This document shows, piece by piece, positions 46,826 through 58,959 of a stretch of DNA of 64,000 nucleotides. The stretch's first letter is position 1. Every line of letters begins with the position of its first letter. The notes beneath the pieces are model-generated. The model saw nothing but the letters and a program-made list of their open reading frames with translations, did no database searches and was not told where the DNA came from. The stretch is taken from the NCBI GenBank assembly GCA_032718475.1, contig JAUCBJ010002200.1:1-64000 (forward strand), given 5' to 3'. The position numbers and the translations under genes were made by a program. The DNA is from Nemertoderma westbladi. Its lineage: Eukaryota; Animalia; Xenacoelomorpha.

Positions 46826-48896
46826 CATGGAGTTCTAGAATATTAACTTATACCAGGACTGGAAACTGTTTATTCGGAAATACCAGTTGAGGCCTACTTT
46901 CATATTTTTGCTAGCAGTTATTTATTTTAGTAGTCATCATATCTAAATCGCTACCACTTGAGTTTTTCTGAACGGATTTTAATAATTTATGTTGCATTAG
47001 ATGCGCGCAGATTTCTCAGCTTTACTGTTTGTATGTACTATGTATATAAAATAACCTTTATATCTGTTAATAATAAAAATAATTTATATTGCGCAAAATT
47101 TTCAAGGGAATAATCTAAAATTTGGTAAAACAGGTTAAAAAATTGTTTTACAATATTCGGTTCAGTTAAAACAATTCCGAATTCAATTAAAACAAGCTCT
47201 GGTCTGTACGTATGAATAAGATACGATATAATAAATCATAAGTAACAGTTAAACTACTACAGTAGGAGCGAAACAAGAGATAGGAGTAGCTACTCTCGGG
47301 TAGCAGCTATAACGAAATAGGAGAAGAGGAGCCTTCGGGTCGCCTACGGCCTCTGCTGACTGTTTGCTTTCATTTAATAATAATTCATGCCCTGGTCTAT
47401 ATGTAGGAGTAAGTTGTGATAAATAATTTAATTTATGAATGAATTATCCTAAAATCCAAAAATGTTAGGGAGACATTTACTGTATGCGTATATAAAAAAA
47501 TATGTACGCCCAGAGAGGATAGTGTCAACAATGTATTTTATCCCCACTCCAACCCAAATAATTTCTGCGCCAGCTGTGGCTTTAGCGTGCTAAGTCTGAA
47601 TAAACCATGGCGTGTCGTTGAGAGACAGGGGGGGGGGGGGGGGGGGGTAACTCGACGCAAAACCCGCCTTGGCGAATTAATATCCCGCCTCAATGTTAAA
47701 TTCTCAATTTAGGGAAAGGAGCAGGTTATACGTTATTTTAACCAAAACAATAAACTAAACACAATAGAACTGGTTACAGTTTTATTTTTGAGAGTAATCA
47801 GCTGTTATTTGCGTCGAATTTCCCCTGGTATAAAGTAAAAAATATAGGGCAAAAAAAGTAAAAAATATAAGGCAAAAAAATAATTGCCATTTATTATTCT
47901 TTGATATTTTACGAGTGCGTCTCATGTCGGACATTAGAATAACAAAATTATTTGTGACAGTATTATATTGACATATTGACAGTATTATATACATTGACAT
48001 ATTCCCTCACTTCTCCGGATATTAGCACGTCTTCTTGTTTAATATCGAAATATTGAAGGGGAGATCAATTATGAGAGTCAGCAAGAGAGGTGAAACAGCT
48101 TCTGCTTTCTTTGAAGTTTCGTACTGTACTCTTAACTACTGTAGTGCTCCAGCGAGGGGTATGTAGTAGATTGTGTTGGAATCGGCAGATGTTATGCGTG
48201 GTGGATTAATAAATGCTCGTCTGCAATGTTATTCGATGTTTGCGTGTTGTCTGTTGTTATAATAATAATAATAATATTTATAAAGTGCCTTTCTAAGCAC
48301 TATTTCAAGGCGCTGTGAATGTTATACAGTACATTGTGTAGTTGAGCTCAAGATTTGTTAACTACAGAGCTAGTACAAAAATGCTAGCTACCATGTCTCC
48401 AAAGCGTAACTGTTTGATGTAAAACTTCTCTTAGTAAAGAAAAAAATGATATTTAAAATTTTGAAAAATAGCTATTTTTATAGAAATGTTCTAGAACAAA
48501 AAACATTTGTTCTAGAACAAAGTTTTTATAGTTAAATAGCTAACATATTCTAGAACATTTATAAAAATAGCAAAAACTAGATAAATATAACAAATTTGGC
48601 ATGGTAGGTATATACGCTTCGAGGCAATCGAAAGTCGAAACAGTACCCACTGCACTTGTTCACCATTATTAAAGAGCTGATACTCCCGTCGTACAGGTAA
48701 ACAGAACTATAAATATCACGTCGCATACACACACTCAATTATTATGTAGCTGCACCATGTGAGGAAATACAATAAATAGCTAATTAGTATTGGCAGTAAT
48801 TAACAAGTATAGGCCTCAACTGGTATTTTTATTTTGCCTATAGCTACCTAGTTTGCAGTCCTGGTCCTGGTAAAAATAACATTCTAGAAGTCCATG
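46826..48896. repeat. Pair of ~70-85-bp inverted repeats (46826-46896, 48810-48896) enclosing ~1.9 kb
   Basis: CATGGAGTTCTAGAAT..ACCAGGACTG..AAATACCAGTTGAGGCCTA versus TAGGCCTCAACTGGTATTT..CAGTCCTGGT..ATTCTAGAAGTCCATG. Confidence 0.7.
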
Positions 48897-49894
48897 GTGG
48901 TCCATGTCATCAGAAAATGACACTATATTACAATAATTTTTATGAGCTGAAAGTTGAAAGTTAAATGTTTATGTGAGAACCGGGACTAAGGTAACAGGAC
49001 TAACGCGATTCATAACATTCTGACATTGACAATTCGAAAGTGGAAAGTGCATACCGCATACCGGTAGTCAATATAGGCAGACGCAGACAGACATTACGTT
49101 TATAACGAACCTGCCTATTAATAGGCCAGGGTAGTTCTTGTCAAGAGTTGAGCCATTCAAAAACACAATGTGGTTGTGTGTGTATGTATAACTATCCAAT
49201 ATCTCAAAAACTCAAGCAGGTACGCAAAAATTTTAATAACAAACTCTACATAAATTTTGGTTGCGCACAAGACTGTATATTTTTGTGGCGTTTTGATCAC
49301 GGGGTCACTGAAAAATAGCGGTTTTGAAAATTTAAAGTCGAATTTCACCGATTTCAATTCGTCGAGTATGCACCAACTTTTTTATTTGGGCTATTCAATC
49401 ATTTGAGCAACATATTTGAGACTCAGAATCTTTTCAAATATCGCCAATCTCGCACAGAACGTCGCCAAAATTTATTAGTCCGGGAAAAAAACGCACAAAT
49501 TCGTCTAAAAGAGTAAATTATTGGTTGCAGAATAATATGATTCAACTAGAAAAGCCAGCACGCTGGCTGCTATAAGGAGACCGCCCATAGACAAACGTAG
49601 TGTAGCTGGGTCCCCTCCTCACCTCATACATTATCATCAACCTATAAAACATTTGAACGGCCCAGTGTTAAAATTCAATCAGCTGGCCTCCCACTTAACA
49701 TAGAGTAGCAGTGAGAGTGAGTAACCTTATAGATATTCCCATAGGATTCACTGGGAAGAGCTATTCTGCTGTCGGGGTAATACATTTTACAAACTAACAG
49801 TTGATGTTTGATTACTGCTTGGGCACTGGGATAGAGCGAGTTATAAATTTAGCAAGTAATATACAGTACCGGTACTTCTGTGATGGCGGTTGTA

Positions 49895-50418
49895 GTTCAC
49901 CTGTAGTTCATTGCACTTTGGGTCAAAGGAGGTATGATAGATGGGAAGGGCCTCTTGATGTTGTGACTGCATAGGAGCTTGGCAGGGGATCTGCTACCAT
50001 AGCGCAGGGTGTCCCCTGGGCAATTCCATAATTGGTCATGAGGAGTTTTTTTCATGGCATTAACGGCAACCTCAGCACAGCATTGGTGTGAACCAGGTAG
50101 GGACTGGAGGGCTTGAGCTGGATCCCCCACTGGTGGAGGAACTGGCAAATCTTGTCAGAGACGAATTGGGGGCCACCAGCAGGGTGGAGGATTGTGGGGA
50201 CAGAGGTGGCAAGGAAGAGATGGTGGAGTCAGTTAGTGATTGCGCGAGACATTGTGTCAGAATTGAGGCGGTTCAGCGTGGGCTAGCCAGTGAACTCATC
50301 AGTAACTACCAGGTATTTGATAGCGCCAACCTGGATGAGGTTGGTATGTGTGCGCTGGAAGGGCCTCGTGGCTTCCAGGTTGTGTTAGAGGGGCATAGAA
50401 AGGTAGGTTGGTCTGGCA
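49895..50418 (-). mobile_element. Degenerate Ty3/Gypsy integrase core fragment
   Basis: Hand translation gives RPFQRTHTNL..KYLVVTDEFTG*P..VPTILHPAGGPQFVS..FLHQWGIQLKPSSPY..CAEVAVNAMKK, with stops and a frameshift. Confidence 0.8.
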
Positions 50419-50716
50419 CGAATGGTATCAGTTTGGGATTGTTATCCGATTTAAATTTATACATAAAGAAGCAACTTTATCCACAACCTGGGGCAGAAAA
50501 TTTCAGAAATAAATGGTTCAACCTTATAGATAACCAAGTTAGAGTTTCATGTTTCTCCCGTGTTGATCGAGAGGATGGCCCTTGGCTAATCAAACTTCAG
50601 ATTCCCAAAGCATCAAATCGACCGGTCAAAGATGACAGCAGCCCCAAGCGGCACCGGTTGGCGTGTCACAAGCCTGAAAAGGACTTGGGCACATTGACAC
50701 TAGGCGCCGCGAGGGA

Positions 50717-53007
50717 ATGGAGGGAGCGGACGAGGATGAGTTCATTCCCTTCTGGGAAATGCTCAAGAGGGGAATCTATTGAACTGGATGCTTAATCTAT
50801 GACAACGAGGGGAAGTCATCATCATTATCCAAGAAAGACACGTTGTTGCATTGCAAGGAGTTTCTAGATGGCAATCGAATGTTGCTTGAACATTATGGCG
50901 ATCTCCAGGCTCACAGTGCAACGTATTAAAGTGATTACCGAGATTCTGTTGTTTCGTAAACGATAAGAGGGAAAAACCCTAGATGAACGGTCATCATAGT
51001 TCTCAGTAACTTCGATGGATTGGTGTTAGTTTGTCAGATATGTCCCCCCTGATTCGATTCGGATCCCTGCAGAGCGATATTGATGTTACCGAAGTGTGTC
51101 TGCAAACTGATCCTGGATGATCTGGTCACCAAGATCGGGTCAAATATTAAGACGGATCTGCTGACTGACTATGACGGAGCTCCTACCCAATGAGAGCTTA
51201 TAAAGGATATAGAGATGCTTGATAACTTCATTGACACCCAAGATGTTGTTGTCGCGTGGTTGCGCCGAGGTAACTGCATGCAAACGTTTAAAGATATTAA
51301 ACCGGGGAGAACTAGTCTCGGATATCTGGCGTTACTGCTTTACGGTATCGACTTTAAACCAGCTTCCTTTAAGAACTGTACAAGAGATTATCTATACCCT
51401 CCTCAGTGGATCGACTCTACATAAGATCCTCGATGGAAGGAGGTCGACTGCTCCTGGGATTTATATAAGACATGGGAAAAACCTACCATCTACCACTACA
51501 TCTATGTGATGATGGTGTTGCTGATGGTTGTGAGGTTTATGTGCAAAACGCTAAAAACTCTAATCTATATACAACCCACTTTATAATAGAAGTTTGGATG
51601 GAACGTCGTTATGGAACACGCCTTCCTACCCATCGCCGATATAGTCCCCAAGGAGGTACATAAGGGTCTACCATTCGATATCTGGACTCGCCACGGATTG
51701 AGGGATATTGGAACAATGGAGGATCGGTTGAAGCCTATGGTTCTGGAGACTTCAATGGACGATGAGGACGTTCTTCCAGACATCGAATCAAGAAACGGAA
51801 ATCCTCCCCGATAGTGCTTAACATCCCAAGGCCCAAACGAATGGTGGCGAGCGAGCCTGAAAAGGATTCGAGCACCATTGTTCTGCTTGGGCTGAGGAGC
51901 CCTGCGATCGAGTCAGACGACAAGAAGGCTTTCCGAAGCTTCGGCAACAGTGCGTCGTCTTGTCTCCCTATCGGTTTCCTGGATGAGAGGAGTGGGACAT
52001 GGAGATATCTTGCGGCTCCGATTGGTGCACTACTTCCAACCAACTTACGTCACGCGGGATAATGGTTCACACATCTCCTTTCATCGCCACGCCGCCTGAA
52101 GAACTTCCGGACTTAAAGCAGGTGGTTGCACTATGGCCCGATGGTGGCATCTAATGGCTGGAGGTTACGCAAATAACGCCGGAGGTTATGCGAATAGCGA
52201 CGCAGGTTACTCAGGATCCTATGAGAGTGACTCGATGGTATCTGGAACAGACTAAGTGGGTTAGCCAACAAACCAACTACATACAGCAATGCCCGGCTGG
52301 CTATCAACATGGCTTCCATATAGAATATGCGGACCAGACACCTCTACATGAAACACATATCAAGCATTCCGTTCCATAAGGAATATAAGAAACTACGTTT
52401 TCAGGAGGGAGATCAACTACCCATATACTACGGGACTCCAGAAACTTGGGATGTTTGTAGTAAATGTGGATCGGAACAATGCCCGTGTTATGCCGAAGGT
52501 TTACATGAACTCTGTCAGGCCAAAATGGGTATGTTATACTGTATATATTGCGCCAAACCAGGACACGATACCTGAGTGTGTTCATCACTTTGTTCCATAT
52601 ATCACATATGTGGATTCCGTGGACACCATTCTGATAGAAAAGGAAACATCAAGTGTCCGGCTAAAGATAAGTTAGCAACCTCCAATATGTTGATGTTTGA
52701 AACATTTGCCAACTCACACATCAAAGTGAGGGGACGTTATAGCCAAACCAAGGACGGCCGGGAGATGTCAAAGGGATATTTCACCTTCCTGGAAACCCTT
52801 GCTACCAGAGAACAGCTATCCTTCAAATACAAGGACCTCATTCTCTCAGCCACGATGTTCGGTCCTACCGAGGTTATTTGTCGCTTGTATTCCTATGATG
52901 AAGATGCCGGAGACGTGAAGTGGCTCCTGATCACTAGGGAAGGGGAGATAGACAGACGTTATGAGCTCGAATACGGTGAGCCCAAGTTGAACCACGTCGC
53001 TAAATGA
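50717..53007 (+). pseudogene. Disrupted ORF: WRN/EXD-like DEDDy 3'-5' exonuclease followed by a Cys-rich/CCHC zinc-knuckle region, probably mobile-element cargo
   Basis: Joined across stops and frameshifts: LIYDNEG (Exo I, 50801-50809), LPKCVCKLILDDLVTKIGSNIKTDL (Exo II-like), FIDTQDV, SLGYLALLLYGIDFK, later CIYCAKPGHDT*VC (CX2CX4HX4C) and HICGFRGHH. Confidence 0.6.
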
Positions 53008-53156
53008 CAGGCCATGATGTCATTGGCTACGGCAGCGCTTGATACTCCTCTAGCAGTGGTTAGCATCAATTAGGATCTAAGGAGAAAGTAACGGAAGTCA
53101 AACAAGGTGTTGAGAGAGGCTAGGGCATCGAACTCTAGGAAAGAGGAAAAAAATCA

Positions 53157-53535
53157 GTAGAGGTGGGGTTCGTGGCACACTGCTGATGAGGAGAACCACG
53201 AATCCCAGGGTTCAGTGTTTAAATCTCCGAAACCCATTTATTTTTATAAAATTTATTACTTAGACTTACCTTTTCGGCGGACAAAATGTCCTATATTTTT
53301 CGTAATTTATGGGATAGCCTATTTCGTGCAATATTTACCGGAACCTGTAGTTACTGTATGGTTTGGTGCAATTTTTCTTGTGGTAGTTGGGTTGGGTTAT
53401 GTAGCACTAAAATCGATTTGGTATTTTGTGTTTTTTGATGGGCCTAGTGCCTGAGTACTAACAGTGGTCCAAGTGGCCCTAAATGCTAGGTAGTATCTGA
53501 GGGAATAGACCCCATGTCCTATTTTATTGTTTTAA
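53157..53535 (+). repeat. 379-bp direct repeat, copy 1 (ribozyme-bearing, pLTR/retrozyme-like)
   Basis: Matches 53832-54210 with one substitution seen; period 675 bp. Confidence 0.95.
53164..53235 (+). ncRNA. Hammerhead ribozyme, non-circularly permuted/pseudoknotted topology (copy 1)
   Basis: CTGATGA 53183-89; stem II GGAGA 53190-94/TCTCC 53224-28; GAAA 53229-32; stem III CCC 53233-35/GGG 53208-10; GUU cleavage triplet; stem I CAGTGT 53213-18/ACACTG 53177-82; extra 12-bp helix 53164-75/53196-207. Confidence 0.8.
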
Positions 53536-53831
53536 TATTAATATTACAATCCCTCTAAAGTCGTGGTTGTCAACATCATATAATTATATATTTAAAGGGG
53601 TATTTTCTGACATCTGCGCAATTTTGTTTAAAAATCTGATCATATATCTGTACGTACATACCGGTAGGTGCTAATTGGGGTTGGTTGCATTCAGTTGGGA
53701 AATCATGTTTATGCATTTGGGGCTGATGGTAACATATATTGGGGGTGGGTGGTTTCAACTCTGTTCGGTGGTACGGTAGGATTTCTAATTTATTGGTCAT
53801 TGTCTTAATTTAGTGGTGCAGTTTTGTTAGG

Positions 53832-54210
53832 GTAGAGGTGGGGTTCGTGGCACACTGCTGATGAGGAGAACCACGAATCCCAGGGTTCAGTGTTTAAATC
53901 TCCGAAACCCATTTATTTTTATAAAATTTATTACTTAGACTTACCTTTTCGGCGGACAAAATGTCCTATATTTTTCGTAATTTATGGGATAGCCTATTTC
54001 GTGCAATACTTACCGGAACCTGTAGTTACTGTATGGTTTGGTGCAATTTTTCTTGTGGTAGTTGGGTTGGGTTATGTAGCACTAAAATCGATTTGGTATT
54101 TTGTGTTTTTTGATGGGCCTAGTGCCTGAGTACTAACAGTGGTCCAAGTGGCCCTAAATGCTAGGTAGTATCTGAGGGAATAGACCCCATGTCCTATTTT
54201 ATTGTTTTAA
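53832..54210 (+). repeat. 379-bp direct repeat, copy 2
   Basis: Near-identical to 53157-53535. Confidence 0.95.
53839..53910 (+). ncRNA. Hammerhead ribozyme, non-circularly permuted topology (copy 2)
   Basis: Identical to copy 1 shifted by 675 nt (CTGATGA 53858-64, GAAA 53904-07, predicted cleavage after 53887). Confidence 0.8.
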
Positions 54211-54267
54211 GAAATAAGTAGGCCTACTACTGGCTTCAGGTAGAGTTCCTGATTTTGTCAGCTTATC

Positions 54268-54600
54268 ACGAGCCTGAAAGGGACTCGGGGTATGCTGACA
54301 CCTGACGCTGCGCTAGTAAGGGGCAGCTGAAAATGGACAGCCAACAATGGACAGCCGAACATACATAGCAATGACTGCCAGTTGGTGTATCACGAGCCTG
54401 CAAAGGACTCGGGGTGCGCTGACACAAGGTGCCATAAGGTAAGGAACAGTCGAACGTACCAAGCGATGAATGCCAGTTGGTGTATAACGAGCCTGTAAAG
54501 GACTCGGGGTGCGCTGACACAAGCAGCCGCAAGGTAAGGGACAAGGACTGCCAAAACTGAGTGGTCCGTCTGCTGGTTGGCGTAGATACGAGCCTGAAAA
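54268..54600. repeat. Diverged ~95-125-bp tandem repeats
   Basis: ACGAGCCTG.AA.GGACTCGGGGT..GCTGACAC recurs near 54268, 54392 and 54487, with a partial copy near 54588. Confidence 0.75.
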
Positions 54601-55860
54601 TGGGGTCGGATTATGTTCAAGTCGGGTCGGTGTCTGTCGATTTCTGGCCATTGGGTAGGTGAGGAACTGCAGCGATAAACTGTAGTAGACTCCGTCTAGC
54701 CGATAGTCAGTAGACCGTTTGGGAACCACTCGCCCCTTGCAATTCCTTTATAGGGTTGGTCCTAAGGCAAGTCAAGCAGCTTAGCTCGGGGTCTGTCAGA
54801 ACCTTGTAGGCTCGTATCTATGGTTAGGAATTGACGGCAACAGCAGTGCTTGGTGGTCTCTCGAGTTCCGCAGACATCCCCTCTGGACGGACCACTCCCT
54901 TTCCACCGAGTTCACGAACCTCCTTCATCCATTTGTCAAATGATAATTAGTGTAGCAGTATCCCGAATTTTCTCTCCAAGTCCCTTGGTGAAGTAATGAA
55001 GCTGACTCTATATCTTTGTCTATCAACGGCGTCCCATAGGACCTGTGCTTTCTTTGGCACCAATCAATAGTCTGGAACGATGGTGGTACAGCTCAAGCGA
55101 AAATAGTAACAAAATAATATGGAGGATGGCTCAGATCTTAGAATTTACACGAATTGCTATATTTTATTCGAAAGGTAACAGATAAAATGATACCCTCACT
55201 AAGAATAATTAATCATAATTATGTTATAATTGATATTAACTCAGTAAAATAAAATAAAGGCCAACGATTAATCAAAATCAGAAGGGGTGTAAACGCTACT
55301 GCTACAGCCTAAAACTCTCGTTTATTGTTTTGGTATGTATGAATAGTTCACTGGTGTGGGGTGCTTAGAAGGGGAAAGGAGTAAGACTGCTTTACTCTAC
55401 TGTTATGAGGTCAGTTAGTCTTGGGTTAATGAACCTGACTGATACTAGCCTACACTCTGTTGTTTTCGGATTTAAGTGACAAATTTTAGATTTAAGTAAC
55501 ACAATTCAGATTTAAGTGGCACATTTCGTATTTAAGTGACACATTTATTGTGACACACATATTATTGGTTATCTTCCAAAAGGAAACAATATTATAATAA
55601 ATTCGTTTTATGAATTATATAATTCTTATTATTATTAAAAGTGTAATAGAGCATCAGATTACTGATATAAAAAGACTGCGATGTTTACTAAATATCTATT
55701 TGCGCTCTTTACAGTAACGCGCTCGACAGTAACATGGATATTGAGTTTACGAAAATGCTATTGGTCGCCATTTCTATAGTTACAGAAATGGTTATGGATG
55801 TGTCAGCTGTTACATGTATGGCGAGACACAGCATGGTTACTTCATGCATGGCTAAGTTCA

Positions 55861-57388
55861 GGGGTCCCCCAAGGGACTATCGTAGGTTTATAATTTTTCC
55901 TGGGCCAGATAAATGACGCTACGGAGCAAATTAAAGAACGCCTTAAGTTTGTAGATGACTTGTCAGTGTATGAGATTTTACAAATTCAATTGACCAGCTA
56001 TTTGACTCAAATATACAACACTACACGGATATACTCATAGAATGGGAAAACGATAGTAACATGAAACTCAATCCAGTGAAATGTAAACAAATGGCCTTCT
56101 ACAAAGCAAAACGACCAATTGTACTTCCACAAGTCAATATTAGTGGAACAAATGTGGGAGTATAGTTGACAATGTAAAACTTCTCGGTGTTACAATATCC
56201 GCCGAACTCAAATGGAATATCATATTATTATTAACTCATATTATGAATATGATTAGTCTAAAGCAGAGCTATCATTTTATGACTATCTATATGCTGAGCT
56301 GACTGACTAAGTTTTTGCCGCGAATATTTGTATTTGGTTGGGCTCAGCCTCACTAACACTTAATATAATAGTACACTCTTGTGCCCATATACTAATTAGA
56401 AACTGGTCAATAATTATTATAATAATATTATCCCAGCGCTCAAGCGTCGATGTCAGGTCTAGGTATTGTTACAAATTGAGATTAAGCTTACCGCCGTGAA
56501 TGACCTGTTTATATATTCGACAGGCAATTTAGAAACTCTTAGTAAATCCAATTTAACTCAGAGTGTTTACAAAAACTACAGCTATTGTTACTTCGTTCTA
56601 TTTTTCAATTTGCAATTTATTTATCAAATCAATCCATTATATCAAATCGGCGTAGGTTATGGTACAAAAATATTAGTTTCTCTCCACCATCCGAAAGTAG
56701 ACGAGAGCGGTTCTCATCAAATACATTATCAGCCTCGCAGCCTCTACAAATATTCGCTCGTAATAAATTGAAGACGCTGGTGATACTAAATATATGTACA
56801 AGTATTTGTAAATTAGGAAACGCTCTTCTCGTCCCGTTTAGTTGGGATAATTGACATATACTTATACTTACTAATCTACTTCTGAATTCATAATATTAGT
56901 AAAGTCAAAGTGACCTTGCTGATCATGATCCAGCACGTTATCTATCAATGCAGGACCTAACGCCCAAAGGACCAAATGACGTGGTACCCTCCCTCCCTCC
57001 AGTTCTGTTCATGCATAAAGGTACCATGTAGCTGATTCAGGGAAAAAAGTGGTAATATATTAAAAATCCGGCTTTGGCCGGAATTCCGACCGTATTTTTT
57101 TTTTACAAATCCGGCTCCGGCTCCGGCCTGGCCGGTTTGAAAATAGTCAATCCGGCACATCCCTATTACATATATTAAAAAAATTCAAAGCATCGCGGAA
57201 AGACATGGTAGCCATATACATCTCTCATATTCGGACCGTTCTAGAATATTGCGGCGCTGTTTGGCATTCTAGTATCACCAAGCAACTCTCCGACGCCCTA
57301 GAAAGAGTACAGAAAAGAGCGATGCGAATCATCTTCGGTATCCATTATAATAGTCATGATCAGGCACTACAGTCCGAGGGGTTACCTA
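55861..57388 (+). mobile_element. Fragmented CR1/L2-like LINE reverse transcriptase, interrupted by later insertions
   Basis: GVPQGT (55861), KFVDDL (55945), VDNVKLLGVTISAELKWNIH (~56165), IRTVLEYCGAVWHSSIT..SDALERVQKRAMRII (57205-57388). Confidence 0.8.
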
Positions 57389-57788
57389 TAGGGATGTTGC
57401 GAATGTCATCGCAACAGCGATGATGATTTTGGGAAATCCCAAAATAAGGGCCCATTCATAAATGCTAGATCACCTTGAATTTTGACCAACACCCCCCCCC
57501 CCCCCCTCCCCTCACAGCCTCATGCGCAAAATATTTTTTAGAAAAAGGCTTAAAAGAAACAAATATAATGGCACAATTAATCGTAATAATACTGTAAAGG
57601 TTGTGATAAGGCCGTACACAATATATTTATTTCAACTTTTTACTTTTTACCGCGAAGTTTCGATTTAGTTATAGTTGTTGCAAAGGCTTCAACATGTAGA
57701 GCTTCCTTCAATTATAACAGATGGTTCAAATTCCTTGGTCCAACACCTGTTTAATTTAATCAGGAGAAATGCCTCCAAATGTTAGTGA

Positions 57789-58911
57789 GATTGCATGAAA
57801 CTTAAAATAGAGGTAGAATCACGCAACTCCTGGGTGGGTCGTGGCCCTCGTGGGTGAGTCAGAATTTTTATTTTTACTTTCAACTATTAGAGTACAAGCG
57901 TTAAAAAAAGGTCGATATTGCACCAGTTACACCATACACCGCAGTTATTCTTCAACCATATCTGCTTTTAGTAACATTCGTTGTAAAGGGAAAAAATTTA
58001 CTTTTCAACCCAGAAAACGTTTATAGGCAATCAAATAAAAAATAACCAAAAGGTAATACAACATTGTTGCGCGGGTGTAACCTACATGTATTTTAAACAT
58101 TATTATTGTGTGGTATTGTCAAATAATTTACAATTGTTTTTGAGTTATTCAAAAAAATCAAGTCTCCCCTAAAGTCAAGTCTCCCTCATTCTCCCTAGTG
58201 AAGGAAAGCTGGAGAAAAGGATTCCAAATATGTAGAATTTCGTTGTAAAATGCCCGACATATTCAATAATTAGGGCGTTCAATAATGTTGCATAGTGTTG
58301 CACCTCTACGAGGCTATTTTATTCTATTAAATTTTTAAAGTTAATTAGGCCTCTAAGCCATGGAACTGGGAGTGGCACAATAAAACACGATAAAGAGAAT
58401 AAATAATAAATTAAATTAAAAGCACCGTCGTCACTTAGATATACTGAAGTAGAGTTGATGAATCCGGTGGAGATTCTATTTAATAAATACAACATATTCT
58501 GGAACATTTTGTTAATGTATGAATAGCTACATAATAGTATGATTAAAGAGTTATTGCATTGTTGCCCATCTACGTATTGATAAACAAAATGTTCCAGAAT
58601 ATGGTGTATTTATTAAATATAATAAAATAATCTCACAGAGGTGCAAAACTATGTAACATTTGAACGCTCACATCTCGGCTATTGTTCAATGAAATTCAGA
58701 TTGTGTTACAGATTTGGAATCCTTGCATGTTCAGCTTTCCATCCGTATGTACAAACAGATCACAATAACGTTAAATAAAAACTTCGGTATAACTCAGGTG
58801 CAAATAACGACCGAGGCACCCTTTTTAAACGCTTTTAGCTAAAAAAATGAGAACAAAAATAAAAATTCTGACTCACCCAACCAACCCACGAGGGTCAAAT
58901 TTCATGCAATC
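57789..58911. mobile_element. ~1.1-kb degenerate palindromic foldback/MITE
   Basis: Nested inverted matches: GATTGCATGAAA, GGGTGAGTCAGAATTTTTATTTTT, AAGGATTCCAAAT, TTGCACCTCT, CATATTCTGGAACATTTTGTT, each with a mirror copy. Confidence 0.8.
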
Positions 58912-58959
58912 CCATTCAGATTTGTATAAAAACAATTTTTTTTTGGGGGGGGGGGGCAA

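Noticed and set aside
50088-50795. 235-aa ORF as a single gene
   Set aside because: Its first half is the antisense of a Gypsy integrase fragment; it is a chance fusion across an element boundary.
53215-53454. 79-aa hydrophobic ORF in each direct repeat
   Set aside because: GTG start inside the ribozyme, T-rich composition and no recognisable domain; identity between copies simply reflects the duplication.
53440-53525. Twister-like ribozyme in the direct repeat (TAA-CAG...CCCT...CTG-AGGG)
   Set aside because: P1 and P4 could not be paired convincingly by hand; an Infernal search would be needed.
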